Of a stretch of 64,000 nt of DNA, positions 62,886 to 64,000 are shown in pieces; within the stretch, counting starts at the first letter, position 1; each line of letters begins with the position of its first letter. The DNA lies in the NCBI RefSeq assembly GCF_963921235.1, contig NC_086097.1, positions 252,528,001 to 252,592,000 of the forward strand, read 5' to 3'. The position numbers and the translations under genes were made by a program. The DNA is from Mobula hypostoma (lineage: Eukaryota). The notes under the pieces are model-generated. The model had not been told where the DNA came from. It ran no database searches and worked only from the letters and a program-made list of their open reading frames with translations.

Positions 62886-64000
62886 ATCACAAGATCACAA
62901 GACAAAGGAGCAGAGGTGGGCCATTTGGCCCATCGAGTCTGTTCCGCCACTCCACCATGAGCTAAACTATTCTCCCATCTAGTTCCAATTTCCGGCTTTT
63001 TCCCCATATCCCTTGATATCTCCTTAAACACCCTCAATGATCGGGCCTCCACAGCTGTATGTGGCAACGAATTCCATAAATCCATGACCCTCTGGCTAAA
63101 AAAAAATTCTCCTCATCTCTGTTTTAAATGGGTACCCTCTAATTCTAAGACTGTGGCCTCTTGTCCTGGACTCACCCACCAAGGGAAACAGCCTTTCCAC
63201 ATCTACTCTGTCCAACCCTTTCAACATTCGAAATGTTTTAATGAGATCCCCTCTCATTCTTCTATACTCTAATGAATACAGTCCAAGAGCCAACAAACGC
63301 TCCTCATATGTTAGCCTTTGCATCCCAGGAATCATCCTCGTAAATCTTCTCTGAACTCTCTCCAACATCAGTACATCCCTTCTGAGATAGGGGACCCAAA
63401 ACTGCACACAGTATTCCAAATGAGGTCTCACCAATGCCCCATAGAGCCTCATCAACACCTCCTTACTCTTAAACACTATTCCTCTTGAAATGAATGCCAA
63501 CATAGCATTCTTCCAAAATTTACAACTGTACATTTCTCAACATTGTATCTCATCTGCCATTTCTTTGCCCACTCTCCTAAACTGACCAAGTCTCTCTGCA
63601 ATCTTTCTGTTTCTTCAACACTTCCTGCTCCTCCACCTATCTTGGTGTCATCCCAAACTTAGCCACAAAACCATTTAATCCATAATCTAAATCATCGATA
63701 TACATCGTAAAAAGAAGCGGCCCCAACACCGATCCCTGCGGAACATCACCAGTAGCCGGCAACCAATCAGAATAGGATCCCTTTATTCCCACCCTTTGCT
63801 TTCTGCCTATCAGCCAATGCTCCACCTATTCCAATATCTTTCCTGTAATTCCATGGGCTCTCATCTTATTAAGCAGCCTCATATGCGGCACCTTATCGAA
63901 GGCCTTTTGAAAATCCAAATACACAACATCCACAGCCTCTGCCTTGTCAATCTTATTCGAGATTACCTCAAAAAATTCCAGTAGGTTGGTGAGGCAGGAT
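62886..64000 (-). mobile_element. CR1 3' half, running off the right edge
   Basis: ORFs 63096..63533 and 63637..63825 (VPQGSVLGPLLF), with a (TCTTGTGA)n tail at about 62886-62903. Confidence 0.92.

Overview
This is eukaryotic, repeat-dominated vertebrate genomic DNA. The repeat repertoire (CR1 LINEs, HE1/V-type SINEs, Penelope, Rex1/Babar, Tc1, hAT) points to a cartilaginous fish, probably a ray; this is inferred, not proven. The only host gene I can support is the 5' part of the ciliary gene CFAP418 (C8orf37) on the minus strand. It has three phase-compatible coding exons (19853-19720, 11963-11870, 3531-3476) and a CpG-island promoter with RFX X-boxes. Exons 4-6 were not found and presumably lie left of the window. 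Nearly all long ORFs in the track are decayed transposable-element ORFs or their antisense shadows. Most notable observations: (1) Penelope terminal repeats carrying minimal hammerhead-ribozyme cores, three intact and one of them in the sense of the CFAP418 pre-mRNA; (2) an inverted Penelope pair bracketing exon 2; (3) a CR1 with a twin-priming-like inversion; (4) an unassigned 52-bp inverted-repeat pair 3.1 kb apart; (5) a 33-bp minisatellite apparently grown from a CR1 5' junction; (6) deep TE nests with readable target-site duplications; (7) a speculative divergent (+ strand) transcript. Repeat boundaries without a stated TSD or TIR are approximate, and family names come from motif recognition, not database searches.
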